A stretch of 64,000 nucleotides of DNA, taken from positions 14,783 to 78,782 of IMG/VR virus record IMGVR_UViG_3300036868_000046; one strand, given 5' to 3'. Shown here one piece after another: positions 50,220 through 59,777 of this stretch. This stretch comes from a virus (taxonomy: Duplodnaviria > Caudoviricetes). Made by a program: the position numbers and the translations under genes. The notes beneath the pieces were generated by a model. It was not told the DNA's origin. It searched no databases and worked only from the letters and a program-made list of their open reading frames with translations. Numbering within the stretch: the first letter of the stretch is position 1; each line of letters opens with the position of its first letter.

Positions 50220-51280
50220 CGGTCTTCACCCGCCTCAGCACATCGCTCTGGGATTGGGAGCCGTGGCGGGAACTGGCGATGGGGACGCGCAACCTCTGGC
50301 TCGGGCTCTACACCTCCTCGGAGGCCAAGCGCCACGTGCCCGGGTTGTGGCAGGGCGGGATCTCGGTCATGTCGGACGCGGCGCGCATGCGGCCCGACGA
50401 GACGGTAGATGCCCTCGACGAGCTGCTCTCACGCGAGCTCGTCGAGTACGACTCGCGGACCCGGGTCCTGCGGCTGTGCGAGCTTCCGGACCCGGGAGAG
50501 TGGCCGGCGAACGGCCGGGTGCTGCGGAGCTGGTGGCGCCGGTTCCAGACGGTGCCCGACTGCGGCGTGCGCAACGCTCACGTGACCACGCTGCGCTGGC
50601 TCATCGACAAGGGCGCGGTCGCCTCCGGCAAGCAGATCTCCAAGGACCACGAGTTGGCATGGTCGGAGTTGTTCGGTCGGGTGCCGATCCCGGCTCCGCG
50701 GCGTCGAGGCGTGCGCAGGCTGTCGGATGACAGCGACACAGGTACGACCGTTCAACCCTCTCTCTTCCCGCCCAGCTCTCCTTCTGCTCCCCCTCTGGAC
50801 TCTGGTTCATCCCATTCTGTGGATAACTCTGCCTCTCTGCGTCAATCAAATAAATCCGACCCTCTGGATACCGTATCCGATACGGTATGGATACAGGATA
50901 CCGGATCCAGGATTCCGGATCTGATTTCTTCTTCCGGAGAAGCCACACGCCCGACCCTGACCCTGGTACCGAGCTACACGCTGGACGACGTGCTGGCCGT
51001 CATGGCGCAGGGCCGCTGGGAGACGACGTTCGCGAAAACGCATCAGGATGCGCTCAGAGCGCGTTTCGCGCTCTGGCTGTCTCAGCGGCTGACCCTGGAC
51101 GATTTTCGCGTCCTGGCGCAAGCCAGCCGCGAATTCGGCGATGTCTGGGACGCGCGGGCTCTGGCGCTCGCCGATCTCCCGGAGCGCGTCGCCCGTGCCA
51201 GGCAGCGACTCCAGAGCCGCGCGGACCGCATGGCGCTGCTGGATGAGTTCCGAACGCAGATTGACGCCGTGAAGCGTTGA
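50216..51280 (+). CDS. Phage replication initiator / replisome-organizer-like protein
   Basis: N-terminal FTRLSTSLWD.E.WREL...RNLWLGLYT wHTH pattern, low-complexity central linker, helical C-domain. Confidence 0.65.
   Translation: MTVFTRLSTSLWDWEPWRELAMGTRNLWLGLYTSSEAKRHVPGLWQGGISVMSDAARMRPDETVDALDELLSRELVEYDSRTRVLRLCELPDPGEWPANGRVLRSWWRRFQTVPDCGVRNAHVTTLRWLIDKGAVASGKQISKDHELAWSELFGRVPIPAPRRRGVRRLSDDSDTGTTVQPSLFPPSSPSAPPLDSGSSHSVDNSASLRQSNKSDPLDTVSDTVWIQDTGSRIPDLISSSGEATRPTLTLVPSYTLDDVLAVMAQGRWETTFAKTHQDALRARFALWLSQRLTLDDFRVLAQASREFGDVWDARALALADLPERVARARQRLQSRADRMALLDEFRTQIDAVKR
50841..50932. promoter_or_regulatory. Candidate replication origin within the initiator gene
   Basis: AT-rich gtcaatcaaataaat, 21-bp inverted repeat ataccgtatc-c-gatacggtat (50868-50888) and clustered GGATAC/GGATCC/GGATTC motifs. 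Confidence 0.45.
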
Positions 51281-51475
51281 CATCCGCGTGAGGTGACGCT
51301 CTCGCTTGACGTCCCGCTTTGCGCTTGCTGCGGAAAAACGAGCTGGGGTACAACGCGAAACGCGCCGTGGGGATGGCGCCATCCGCGGAATTCTCCGCGG
51401 ATGGCACAGGCCGTGTTTCGATGTAGGCCCGGCTCGTCAACAGCCATCCTCACGGCGCACCTACCAGGATTCGAG

Positions 51476-51817
51476 ATGTCAGACACCGAGAAGACACCGA
51501 CGGATGACGAGCTGCGGGCCGCCGCCCCGGACATCATGGCGCTGACGGTCAAGGCGGCGGGGGCGTTCATGCAGAGCATCCCGCCCTCGGATCAGGTCGT
51601 CTACGCGCTGGCCATGTTCCAGATGTCCAGGATGGTCTCGGATGCCTACCTGGCGATGAGGGGCGGAGATCTGGAGGCGACGCGGCACGTGCGCACGCTG
51701 TGCGCGAACGCGATCGATGCCCTCGAACACCTGTTTGTCATGAGCACGTCGCAGTCGGTGTACGACGGTATTCAGGCCGAGGTAGCCAGGATCTTCGCGC
51801 CCCCGGTGCCCCGGTGA
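51476..51817 (+). CDS. Hypothetical protein
   Basis: AGGA RBS; helical. Confidence 0.6.
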   Translation: MSDTEKTPTDDELRAAAPDIMALTVKAAGAFMQSIPPSDQVVYALAMFQMSRMVSDAYLAMRGGDLEATRHVRTLCANAIDALEHLFVMSTSQSVYDGIQAEVARIFAPPVPR

Positions 51818-52074
51818 GAGCGAAACGCATCGCGCACGCGCACGCCGACCTGCAGAAGCAGGTCGCACAGCTGGAGTACCAGCTCGCCGTCAAGGAGCGT
51901 GAGCGCGCCGCGCTCGAACGGCAGCTGGCCCGCACGACCGAGCGGTTGCGGCGCGCGCGCGTCTACATCGTTGCCCAGGTGGCTTATCTCGACGACGAGC
52001 TCCGGGGCGACGTCGCTTACCTCGATGACGAACTCCGAGGCGACGCAGCGCCTCTGTCTTCGGTCCGGCGGTAG
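51814..52074 (+). CDS. Coiled-coil protein
   Basis: GTGA overlap; internal duplication VAYLDDELRGD x2. Confidence 0.55.
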   Translation: MRAKRIAHAHADLQKQVAQLEYQLAVKERERAALERQLARTTERLRRARVYIVAQVAYLDDELRGDVAYLDDELRGDAAPLSSVRR

Positions 52075-52081
52075 CCTCCCG

Positions 52082-52570
52082 ATGAGCGAGCACGACAGCT
52101 GGTGCTCCCCCCAGGTGATCGCCGATGGCCTGGTGGAGCTGTTCGGAGGGCCGGTCGACCTCGACCCGTGCTCCAACGGCAAGTCCATCATCCAGGCGCG
52201 GAAGGCGTACACCCGCGGTGGGTTGATCCTGCCGTGGGCGGAGACGACCTACGCGAACTTCCCCTACTCCAAGGGGCGGGTGTGGGTCCCCAAGGGGCTC
52301 GCCGAGCTCGCGTGCGGCAACGTGCACGAGCTCGTCTTGCTCAGCATGTTCGCGACCTCCACCGGATGGTGGCGGTCGATGTGCGAATATGAACCCATCA
52401 ACCCGCGGATCCTCGGCCTCATCAGGCTCGAGTTCATCGATCCGACCGATCGAGGAAGGCAGGTGGTATGTCGCTTCGAGCCGGCCCTGACGTACTTCGG
52501 GCCGAGGACGAACCAGTTCACACGAGCTTTCTCCCACGTCACCATGTGGGCGACATGGGGCAGAAGCTGA
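52082..52570 (+). CDS. Phage DNA N6-adenine methyltransferase (Dam-like)
   Basis: DSWCSPQ, VDLDPCS motif I and NFPYS (NPPY-like) motif IV. Confidence 0.75.
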   Translation: MSEHDSWCSPQVIADGLVELFGGPVDLDPCSNGKSIIQARKAYTRGGLILPWAETTYANFPYSKGRVWVPKGLAELACGNVHELVLLSMFATSTGWWRSMCEYEPINPRILGLIRLEFIDPTDRGRQVVCRFEPALTYFGPRTNQFTRAFSHVTMWATWGRS

Positions 52571-52767
52571 CCGATGGACCGTTCTTCAGGATGTACCGAT
52601 TTGACCACCCCGAACAGACGACCTCGTGCTTTATCTGGGCGCCGACCCACGAGGCGGCGCGGCGGGTAGTGAACGAGCGCTACAACCTCTTGAAGCTTTC
52701 ACCCAACCTGCCGGTGACCTTCGTGGTCATGCCGATCGCCGTGGAGGAGAAAGACGATGACGAATGA
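52555..52767 (+). CDS. Hypothetical protein
   Basis: Short ORF coupled to the next gene. Confidence 0.45.
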   Translation: MGQKLTDGPFFRMYRFDHPEQTTSCFIWAPTHEAARRVVNERYNLLKLSPNLPVTFVVMPIAVEEKDDDE

Positions 52768-52979
52768 GCGATGATGACGACATGTTCAACCTGGCCTGGG
52801 ATCTCGGGCTCGTGGGCATCGACATCCTGACGGGCTTCGTCGTGTGCTGGTTTCTGTACCTCTGGGCCAGCGAACCAGGCCGAGACGCCACGGGCACCAT
52901 CGGCCCCGGGATCGCCGTGGGCTGGCTGGTCACGGAGTGCGTCCGGCACCATGTCCGGGCGCTGCGGAGCACGCGGTGA
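52764..52979 (+). CDS. Small membrane protein
   Basis: Two hydrophobic segments; ATGA overlap. Confidence 0.5.
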   Translation: MSDDDDMFNLAWDLGLVGIDILTGFVVCWFLYLWASEPGRDATGTIGPGIAVGWLVTECVRHHVRALRSTR

Positions 52980-53221
52980 CGGACGGCGGGTGGCATCGCG
53001 TCACCACGGGCGTGGCGATCTACTGGATCTACAAGCTCGTGCTGGTGTTCGTCGGCCTGGTCTACGTCGCCGTGACCCGGCGCGAGCCCATCCTTTGCCT
53101 CATCATCGGCAACCTGGCCGCGTTCACGATCGTCGATGTCACCGATGCGATGGTGATGTCAGGTCGCGAGCGCGCCAAGACCGCAACCCGGACCGCGCGG
53201 TTCGACAGCACCCAGGGATGA
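52976..53221 (+). CDS. Small membrane protein
   Basis: Two hydrophobic segments; GTGA overlap. Confidence 0.5.
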   Translation: MTDGGWHRVTTGVAIYWIYKLVLVFVGLVYVAVTRREPILCLIIGNLAAFTIVDVTDAMVMSGRERAKTATRTARFDSTQG

Positions 53222-53224
53222 TCC

Positions 53225-53449
53225 ATGGTGATTCGGTTCATCGACGTTGGACGACGCAAGATGTCCTGGGACGTCACCGTGGACGATTCCCTCGAGCCCG
53301 ACGATGTCGCAACGGTGCTATTCCGCTCGGTCCGGGTGGAGAGATGCATTGCTTCGCAGGATGTGGAGGTGGCCTGGGATGCAGAGTCCGGCACCGGGGC
53401 CGTATACGCAGGAGGCCGGCAGGTCGGCACCATCCAGAAGGTGGGTTGA
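53225..53449 (+). CDS. Hypothetical protein
   Basis: VAWDAESGTGAVYAGGRQVGT beta pattern. Confidence 0.55.
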   Translation: MVIRFIDVGRRKMSWDVTVDDSLEPDDVATVLFRSVRVERCIASQDVEVAWDAESGTGAVYAGGRQVGTIQKVG

Positions 53450-53450
53450 G

Positions 53451-54482
53451 ATGGGCGCCAAGACAACGATCAGCTGGACCGACGCGACGTGGAACCCCAC
53501 CCGGGGCTGCACGCAGGTCAGCCCAGGATGCCTCAACTGCTACGCCAAGCATCAAGCGTTTCGGATCGTCCGCATGGCCAAGGGCAAGCCGAGCAAGTAC
53601 GACGGGCTCGTGCGGCTGACCGCGCGTGGTGAGCCGGCGTGGACTGGGCGCGTCGACCTTGATCCCAAGAAGCTCGCGGATCCGCTTCGCTGGACCAGGC
53701 CGCGCAAGATCTTCGTCGACTCGATGTCCGACCTGTTCCACGAGTCGCTCAGCAACGAGCAGATCGCGGCGGTGTTCGGCGTCATGGCCGCGGCGAGACA
53801 GCACACGTTCCAGGTGCTCACAAAGCGCGCGAAGAGGATGTGCGAGTGGTTCGAGTGGATTGTCCGTAAGGAGCCGGTCGCTCATGCGCGCTCGATCGCA
53901 TGGGCGTACGCGTTCGAGAACCTCAAGGGCCAGCAATACCGCGGCACGTTCGGGCGCGGTTTCGATATCGAGGAGAGGATGCGGCCGAACAACTTCACGT
54001 GGCCGCTCCCCAACGTGTGGCTCGGGGTCAGCGTCGAGAACCAGGCTGCAGCCGACGAGCGAATCCCCGAGCTCCTCGCCACGCCAGCGGCGATCCGCTT
54101 TCTGTCCTGCGAGCCGCTGCTGGGGCCGCTGATGCTACAGGGTGATGACCCGCTGCCCGCAATGCGGTGTCGTCAGTACCTGCGCGGCGTGACCGGGGAC
54201 CAGCGCGTTTCCTGGGTGATCGCCGGCTGCGAGAGCGGCCCCGACGCGCGGCCGTGTGACGTCGCGTGGCTCCGCTCGCTGCGTGACCAGTGCGCGAGAG
54301 CTGGAGTGCCGTTCTTCCTGAAACAGGCTGTAGAGGAGGGCCGCGATGAGGAGTGGGAGTGCAGTGTCACCGCGCAGCACGGCTCACGTCGAAAGGCCGG
54401 CGGCGTCATCGAGCTGCCCTATCTCGATGGCGTGCAGCACGCCGCGTTCCCCGAGGTTGACACGGCGGGAGGTGAGCCATGA
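53451..54482 (+). CDS. Phage Gp37/Gp68 family (DUF5131) protein
   Basis: TTISWTDATWNPTRGCTQVSPGCLNCYA, IFVDSMSDLFH, FQVLTKR, NVWLGVSVENQ, FLSCEPLLG, WVIAGCESG, VPFFLKQ. Confidence 0.92.
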   Translation: MGAKTTISWTDATWNPTRGCTQVSPGCLNCYAKHQAFRIVRMAKGKPSKYDGLVRLTARGEPAWTGRVDLDPKKLADPLRWTRPRKIFVDSMSDLFHESLSNEQIAAVFGVMAAARQHTFQVLTKRAKRMCEWFEWIVRKEPVAHARSIAWAYAFENLKGQQYRGTFGRGFDIEERMRPNNFTWPLPNVWLGVSVENQAAADERIPELLATPAAIRFLSCEPLLGPLMLQGDDPLPAMRCRQYLRGVTGDQRVSWVIAGCESGPDARPCDVAWLRSLRDQCARAGVPFFLKQAVEEGRDEEWECSVTAQHGSRRKAGGVIELPYLDGVQHAAFPEVDTAGGEP

Positions 54483-54805
54483 GCAAGAGGCCTCGGACGT
54501 CCTGGGTGAAGCTTGCATGGTCGGACGGCACCATGACCCGGTTCCAGGCTCACGTAGTGGGGTTGTGGTGCGTACACGAGGTGCCATGGGGCTCCACCGT
54601 CGTCCCGGGCTACCGGGTGAGTGACGTGGCGACAGGAAGGTACATCCCCGGCGCGGACGGGATTTCCTTCGCGGATGCGTTGGAGGTCGCTACCAAGCTC
54701 AATGAGCTCGGCGTTGCCCCAGAGTTCTGGGATCGCGACATGTTGTGCGTCGCCGAAGCCATTCTCGGAGAGGTGCTCGATGCGGACAGGGAGAAGCGCC
54801 GATGA
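54479..54805 (+). CDS. Hypothetical protein
   Basis: GGAGG RBS; ATGA overlap. Confidence 0.6.
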   Translation: MSKRPRTSWVKLAWSDGTMTRFQAHVVGLWCVHEVPWGSTVVPGYRVSDVATGRYIPGADGISFADALEVATKLNELGVAPEFWDRDMLCVAEAILGEVLDADREKRR

Positions 54806-55317
54806 CCACCACGTGCTGCCCCCTGGAAAGCGGCTGCGGCGCCATGGTCGAGGTAGCTGACATATCCCACCCACGCGCCGCCAAGGATCACTACTGTTGC
54901 GAATGCGACGACCCCATCAAGAAGGGGACCCGCTACGAAAAGTACAAGTCGCTCTGCGACGGACATTGGTCAACATCGCGGACGTGTATGTCCTGCGTCG
55001 AGATCCGGAACCACTTCGCGTGCGATGGGTGGATCTTCGGACAGCTCTGGAGTGACCTCGAGCAGAACTTCTTCCCGGACATGAAGGCAGGCGGACCATG
55101 CATGGATGGTCTGTCTCCGGCGGCGAAGGGGCGGCTCTACGAGAAGCGGCTCGAGTGGGTGTTCGCGCAGGACGAGTTCGAGCCGTGCGATCGGGCCCTT
55201 CCGCCGAGCTGGGAAGAAGCTCGCCGGGCCGCTATCCAGCGCCGCGCAGATGAGAACGCGCGAATCGCACGCGAGCACGCCGCCCAGTTCTGGGCGGCGG
55301 TCACGAACAAGGAGTGA
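54802..55317 (+). CDS. Zn-finger phage protein
   Basis: RAAKDHYCCEC..PIKKG.RY...TCMSC pattern. Confidence 0.7.
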   Translation: MTTTCCPLESGCGAMVEVADISHPRAAKDHYCCECDDPIKKGTRYEKYKSLCDGHWSTSRTCMSCVEIRNHFACDGWIFGQLWSDLEQNFFPDMKAGGPCMDGLSPAAKGRLYEKRLEWVFAQDEFEPCDRALPPSWEEARRAAIQRRADENARIAREHAAQFWAAVTNKE

Positions 55318-55340
55318 AGCATGCTTACCGAGGAGCGTAA

Positions 55341-55580
55341 ATGACCGCCTATGACGACGCCCTGCCTGAACTCAAGCCAGGCAACACTGCCGAGATCATT
55401 CGCGATGGTCACGTCATGCACGTGACCGCAACACGGCACGACGGCCTTCATACCGGGCGGCGCAGGTACAGCGTTGAGTGCCTAACCTGCAAACTCGTTG
55501 TACATCCAGCGACTACTGGACCGCGGTATCAAATCGACTATCACTTGCGGAATCCGACGGAGGCGTGGACTCTTGGGTAA
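55341..55580 (+). CDS. Hypothetical protein
   Basis: GAGGAG RBS; CLTC motif. Confidence 0.6.
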   Translation: MTAYDDALPELKPGNTAEIIRDGHVMHVTATRHDGLHTGRRRYSVECLTCKLVVHPATTGPRYQIDYHLRNPTEAWTLG

Positions 55581-55605
55581 CAACCGGATAGGCGTGGAGT
55601 GACGC

Positions 55606-55851
55606 ATGGCTGAGAATCAGAAGTTCATGCTGACGTTCGAGCTCACCGCGGGGCACGGCATCCAGCTTGATACGCTATGGACCGCGCACTGCCTGCAGCT
55701 CGACATCGTGTCGTGCGCGTCGCAGCCGCACTTCGCCATCGAGGCGGTGGCAGAAAGCATCGCGATGGTGATTGCCAATGATGTGCGGTCCGGTATGAGT
55801 CCGGTCAATGCGCTGCGGGCGCACATGGCGGTGATCGCGAGCCGAAAATGA
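55606..55851 (+). CDS. HicB-like protein
   Basis: WTAHCLQLDIVSCA...AIEAVAESIAMVI resembles the HicB N-terminal partial RNase H fold. Confidence 0.55.
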   Translation: MAENQKFMLTFELTAGHGIQLDTLWTAHCLQLDIVSCASQPHFAIEAVAESIAMVIANDVRSGMSPVNALRAHMAVIASRK

Positions 55852-56252
55852 AGCGCTCGGCTCCGCTCCGCCGCAAGACGCCGCTCCGCACGACACGCCG
55901 AACGAAGTACCGCCGGCGTGAGCGCGACGTGCCGTACATGCTGTGGGTGAAGCGGCAGCCGTGTTGCGCGCTGACCCTGGGCCGCTGTCGTGGGCCAGTC
56001 GAGGCCGACCACACCGGGCGCCGTGGACTGAGCCAGAAGGCGAGCGACGGATCGTGTATCCCGCTCTGCCGTCATCACCACCGATGCCGGGATAGCTTCT
56101 CGGGACCCTTCCGAGACTGGTCGAAGGCCGACATGCGCGCGTGGCTTGCCGCCATGCGGCATCTCATGCGTCACATCTGGGACTGCTCAGGGTCAACCTT
56201 GAGACCGCCGACGTGCGCCACGGCCTCGCTCACCAGTCGGGTGAGACCATAG
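55848..56252 (+). CDS. HNH-like nuclease (DUF968/DUF1364-type)
   Basis: WVKRQPCC...C...VEADH...GLSQKASD...IPLCRHHH. Confidence 0.75.
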   Translation: MKRSAPLRRKTPLRTTRRTKYRRRERDVPYMLWVKRQPCCALTLGRCRGPVEADHTGRRGLSQKASDGSCIPLCRHHHRCRDSFSGPFRDWSKADMRAWLAAMRHLMRHIWDCSGSTLRPPTCATASLTSRVRP

Positions 56253-56385
56253 TATCGCTCATGGACGCCATGAGACGCGTTGAGGCGGTTGGATATGCTC
56301 ATCCAGCGACGAACCGTGATGAGACGTGCGGCAACCAGAGACGCCATGGCGCCCCTTGTGGCAACGTGGCGGGATGCGATCAGGG

Positions 56386-57156
56386 ATGCTGACACCCGAA
56401 GAGATGGCTTCGATCCTCACCGAGGGCCGTACGGCCGAGCAGATCCGCGCCAGCGGCATCGGCTTTGACCGCGTGATGGAGGTCCCCAGCACGAACACGT
56501 ACCGCGACCAGTCGACGGTGCTCATCATGCCCAACCGGGTCCGCGAGTTCGACTTCCGGGTCATCTCGGCGATCTTCTCGATGATCGCGCCGATGAACCA
56601 GAAGCGGCACATGATGTACTGCATCGGCGACGAGGTGGGGGTGGCGTACAACAACCTCATCAAGGCCATCCTCGACAACCCCGACCTTGCAAAGTTCAAG
56701 TATCTGATGACGGTCGAGGCGGACAACGTCGTCCCGGCCGACGCGCACATCCGCCTCCTCGAGACGATCGAGGCCGGGCAGTGGGACGCCGTGTCGGGTC
56801 TCTACTTCACCAAGGGCGACGTGAACATGCCGATGGCCTACGGGGACCCGGCCAGGTTCGAGGCGACGGGCGAGCTCGAGTTCACGCCGCGGGACGTGAC
56901 CGAGGCCCTGACCAAGGGGATGGTCATGCCGGTCAACGGCATCGCGATGGGATGCGCCCTGTGGCGCCTGGAGATGTTCAAGGAGATCCCCGGGCCCTGG
57001 TACATCACGGTCAACGACGTGGTGGGCAGCGGGGTGATGGCATTCACGCAGGACCTGTGGTTCTGCAAGACGGCCCGCAAGGCGGGCCGGCGGTTCGCGG
57101 TCGACTGTCGCGTCCGCGTCGGTCACATGGACCTCGCGACGAAGGAGATCTACTAA
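56386..57156 (+). CDS. GT-A fold glycosyltransferase-like protein
   Basis: YLMTVEADNV (DxD-like), VSGLYFTK, AMGCALW, TQDLWFC, VRVGH. Confidence 0.8.
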   Translation: MLTPEEMASILTEGRTAEQIRASGIGFDRVMEVPSTNTYRDQSTVLIMPNRVREFDFRVISAIFSMIAPMNQKRHMMYCIGDEVGVAYNNLIKAILDNPDLAKFKYLMTVEADNVVPADAHIRLLETIEAGQWDAVSGLYFTKGDVNMPMAYGDPARFEATGELEFTPRDVTEALTKGMVMPVNGIAMGCALWRLEMFKEIPGPWYITVNDVVGSGVMAFTQDLWFCKTARKAGRRFAVDCRVRVGHMDLATKEIY

Positions 57157-58893
57157 ATGCGCATTCTGATCACCGGGGGCTGTGGCTTCCTCGGCTCCCA
57201 CCTGGTGGAGCACTTCCTGAAGACGACCAACTACGAGGTCGTCGTGCTCGACAAGCTCACCTACGCGTCGAACGGCTACGATCGTCTACGAGACGTCCGC
57301 GCGGGGCTCGTGCAGTCGAGCTCCAAGCCGCTCGAGGCGGCGAAACACTGGGAGGACCGCGTCCGGGTGTTCAACACCGACCTGTCGCAGCCGCTCCCTC
57401 CGGGGGTGGTTCAGGAGATCGGTGGGATCGACTACATCATCCATGCGGCGGCGGAGAGCCACGTCGACCGCAGCATCAAGGATCCGCTCCCGTTCCTGAT
57501 GAGCAACGTGATCGGCACCCATCATCTGCTCATGTCCAGGACCGTGGCGTACGCGCGGCGCGTATTCATCGTGTCGACCGACGAGGTCTATGGCCCGGCG
57601 TCATGGGGGGAGCAGGGGTTCGATGAGGAAGAAAGGTTCCGCCCGGCGAACCCGTACGCGGCGTCGAAGGCGGGGGCCGAGTGCCTGGCGTTCGCCTACG
57701 CCAACACGTACCGGCTTCCCATCACCATCGTGAACACGATGAACCTCATCGGCGAGCGCCAGCACCCGGAGAAGTTCGTCCCGCTGGTGATCCGCAAGGT
57801 GCTCGAGGGGGAGACCGTGCAGATCCACGCCGATCCGAGCAAGACCCGAGCGGGAACCAGGTTCTATCTCCACTGCAGGACGTTCGCGAACGCCCTCGCA
57901 TGGCTCATCACGACGGATGGTGCCTGCCCTCAGAAGCTGCACGTGTGCGGCGAGGTCGAGCTCTCGAACCTCGAGCTCGCCACCACGATCGCCGACCTCA
58001 TCGGCAAGCCACTCCAGTACGAGCTCGTGGACTTCCACTCCTCGCGTCCAGGGCATGATCTCCGGTACGCCATGAACGACGCCTACATCCAGTTGCTCGG
58101 CTGGCGACGCCCCATGGGCATCATGGATTCGCTCAAGAAGACCGTCGCATGGTACCTCGCGAATCCGCAGTGGCTCCAGCTGCAGGACACCGTCGCCGGG
58201 ATCACGATGAACGTGAAATGTCAGGCCAAGTCCGAGTGGCCGAAGGATCGAGTCATCGTAGGAGACCGAGTCAGGCTGACGAGAACCGGCCTGGCCGGTT
58301 CGGTTACTGGCGTCGATCCATCCATCGGGCTAGCGTCTGTTGCCGTCGATAACGGCCAGCTTAGTAATAACCTGATCGAAAACCTGCAGCACATCGAATC
58401 GCCAGATGACGACGATGCCGACGACTTGCTAGCAGTTGCGGACTTGATCGCCGCAGAGGGACTGCCGGGCGAGCTTCCTGCCGAGGAGGAAGGGGTGCTT
58501 GTAGCGGACGGACTTCCCTGGGTGACAGCGGCGCTCACCGACTGCCAGGTCGGGATCTTCGCGAACCCGCTCGGCGCCGACATCGAGGATTCACATCGCC
58601 GGGACGCGCAGCAGGCGCGGGATCAGGCCATCCTGGCGAAGATCGACGACCGGCTCGCCTCCTTGGAGGCGCGCGCCCGACCCAAGCCGGTCCAAGGGGC
58701 CATGGTCCGGGTGACCGATGGCTGGTTCGCGGGGGCCACCGGGAAGATCGTCGCCGTGATCCACGCGGAGGAGCCGGATGCGCGGGAAGCCTACTCAGTG
58801 GCGCTGACGGCGGTGTCCTCGCTGACACAGGCGAAGTACATGGGCATGGCGCCGCTCACCTTCGTCGCGGAGCAGTTCGAGGTCCTGTCATGA
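57157..58893 (+). CDS. rmlB: dTDP-glucose 4,6-dehydratase (RmlB-like) fused to a ~240-aa C-terminal extension
   Basis: ILITGGCGFLGSH, DKLTYA, HAAAESHVDRSI, STDEVYG, NPYAASK, RPGHDLRYA, TVAWY; reading continues past the usual end. Confidence 0.88.
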   Translation: MRILITGGCGFLGSHLVEHFLKTTNYEVVVLDKLTYASNGYDRLRDVRAGLVQSSSKPLEAAKHWEDRVRVFNTDLSQPLPPGVVQEIGGIDYIIHAAAESHVDRSIKDPLPFLMSNVIGTHHLLMSRTVAYARRVFIVSTDEVYGPASWGEQGFDEEERFRPANPYAASKAGAECLAFAYANTYRLPITIVNTMNLIGERQHPEKFVPLVIRKVLEGETVQIHADPSKTRAGTRFYLHCRTFANALAWLITTDGACPQKLHVCGEVELSNLELATTIADLIGKPLQYELVDFHSSRPGHDLRYAMNDAYIQLLGWRRPMGIMDSLKKTVAWYLANPQWLQLQDTVAGITMNVKCQAKSEWPKDRVIVGDRVRLTRTGLAGSVTGVDPSIGLASVAVDNGQLSNNLIENLQHIESPDDDDADDLLAVADLIAAEGLPGELPAEEEGVLVADGLPWVTAALTDCQVGIFANPLGADIEDSHRRDAQQARDQAILAKIDDRLASLEARARPKPVQGAMVRVTDGWFAGATGKIVAVIHAEEPDAREAYSVALTAVSSLTQAKYMGMAPLTFVAEQFEVLS

Positions 58894-59120
58894 TCGATGA
58901 CCAGCAGCGCGAGGACGAAACCGTGACTGACCATCCCGAGGCAATCATCTACCGCGGCGATTCCACCTGGCACGATGGACCCGGGTGGTACTACGTCATA
59001 AGCGATTACCCAGATGAGGGATCATGCGGGGCGTTTGCCTCGTGCGACGAGGCGATCGCTCACGCCCAGGATGCCGGCTACCTGCCCATTGTCAGCAGCC
59101 GGCAGCGGAGGGTGTCATGA
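58890..59120 (+). CDS. Hypothetical protein
   Basis: GWYY...GPF-like motif (GWYYVISDYPDEGSCGAF); coupled to neighbours. Confidence 0.55.
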   Translation: MIDDQQREDETVTDHPEAIIYRGDSTWHDGPGWYYVISDYPDEGSCGAFASCDEAIAHAQDAGYLPIVSSRQRRVS

Positions 59121-59758
59121 CCACGCCGCTCGCGAAACCGCCGGTCACCCGCAAGCTCGACCTCGCCGCCGGCCAGAGCCCCAAGGAAGGGTTCGAGGGG
59201 GTCGACCTCTGGCCGGGGAGCCAGCACGTCGTGAACCTGCAGCGGTTCCCATGGCCGTTCGAGGATGAGAGCGTGGCTGAGCTCCACTGCTCGCACTACA
59301 TCGAGCACATCCCGATGGTGTACATGGAGAACCGGGTTAACAGCGAGCACGGATCGCTCCATGGCGGCGTCGGATACAGGGACGCTCTGTTCGCGTTCTT
59401 CGACGAGTGCTACCGCATCCTCATACCGGGAGGATGGCTGACGGTGCAGTGGCCATCGCACCGCTCGGACCGGGCATTCCAGGACCCGACGCACCGTCGG
59501 TTCCCGACGCCGCAGACGATGTGCTACATGAACGAGCAGTGGCGGCGCACGAACAAGCTCGACCACTACGCCGTCGAGTGTAACTTCGGGGATGAGCGCG
59601 GCAACGCGGTGCTCGCGAGCCCCATCGTCGACCAGTCGATGCAGCTCCGACATCCCGAGGCCGCGGAGAAGCTCATCCACCAGCAGTGGAACACGACCAT
59701 CGATTGGGTGTGCCGCCTGCAGAAGCATCCGCGGCTCCCACCCTTGCCGAGCACCTGA
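59117..59758 (+). CDS. Class I SAM-dependent methyltransferase-like protein
   Basis: KLDLAAG, GVDL, FPWPFEDESV, SHYIEH, ECYRILIPGG, DPTH. Confidence 0.8.
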   Translation: MTTPLAKPPVTRKLDLAAGQSPKEGFEGVDLWPGSQHVVNLQRFPWPFEDESVAELHCSHYIEHIPMVYMENRVNSEHGSLHGGVGYRDALFAFFDECYRILIPGGWLTVQWPSHRSDRAFQDPTHRRFPTPQTMCYMNEQWRRTNKLDHYAVECNFGDERGNAVLASPIVDQSMQLRHPEAAEKLIHQQWNTTIDWVCRLQKHPRLPPLPST

Positions 59759-59777
59759 CCGACAAAGGAGAGATACC

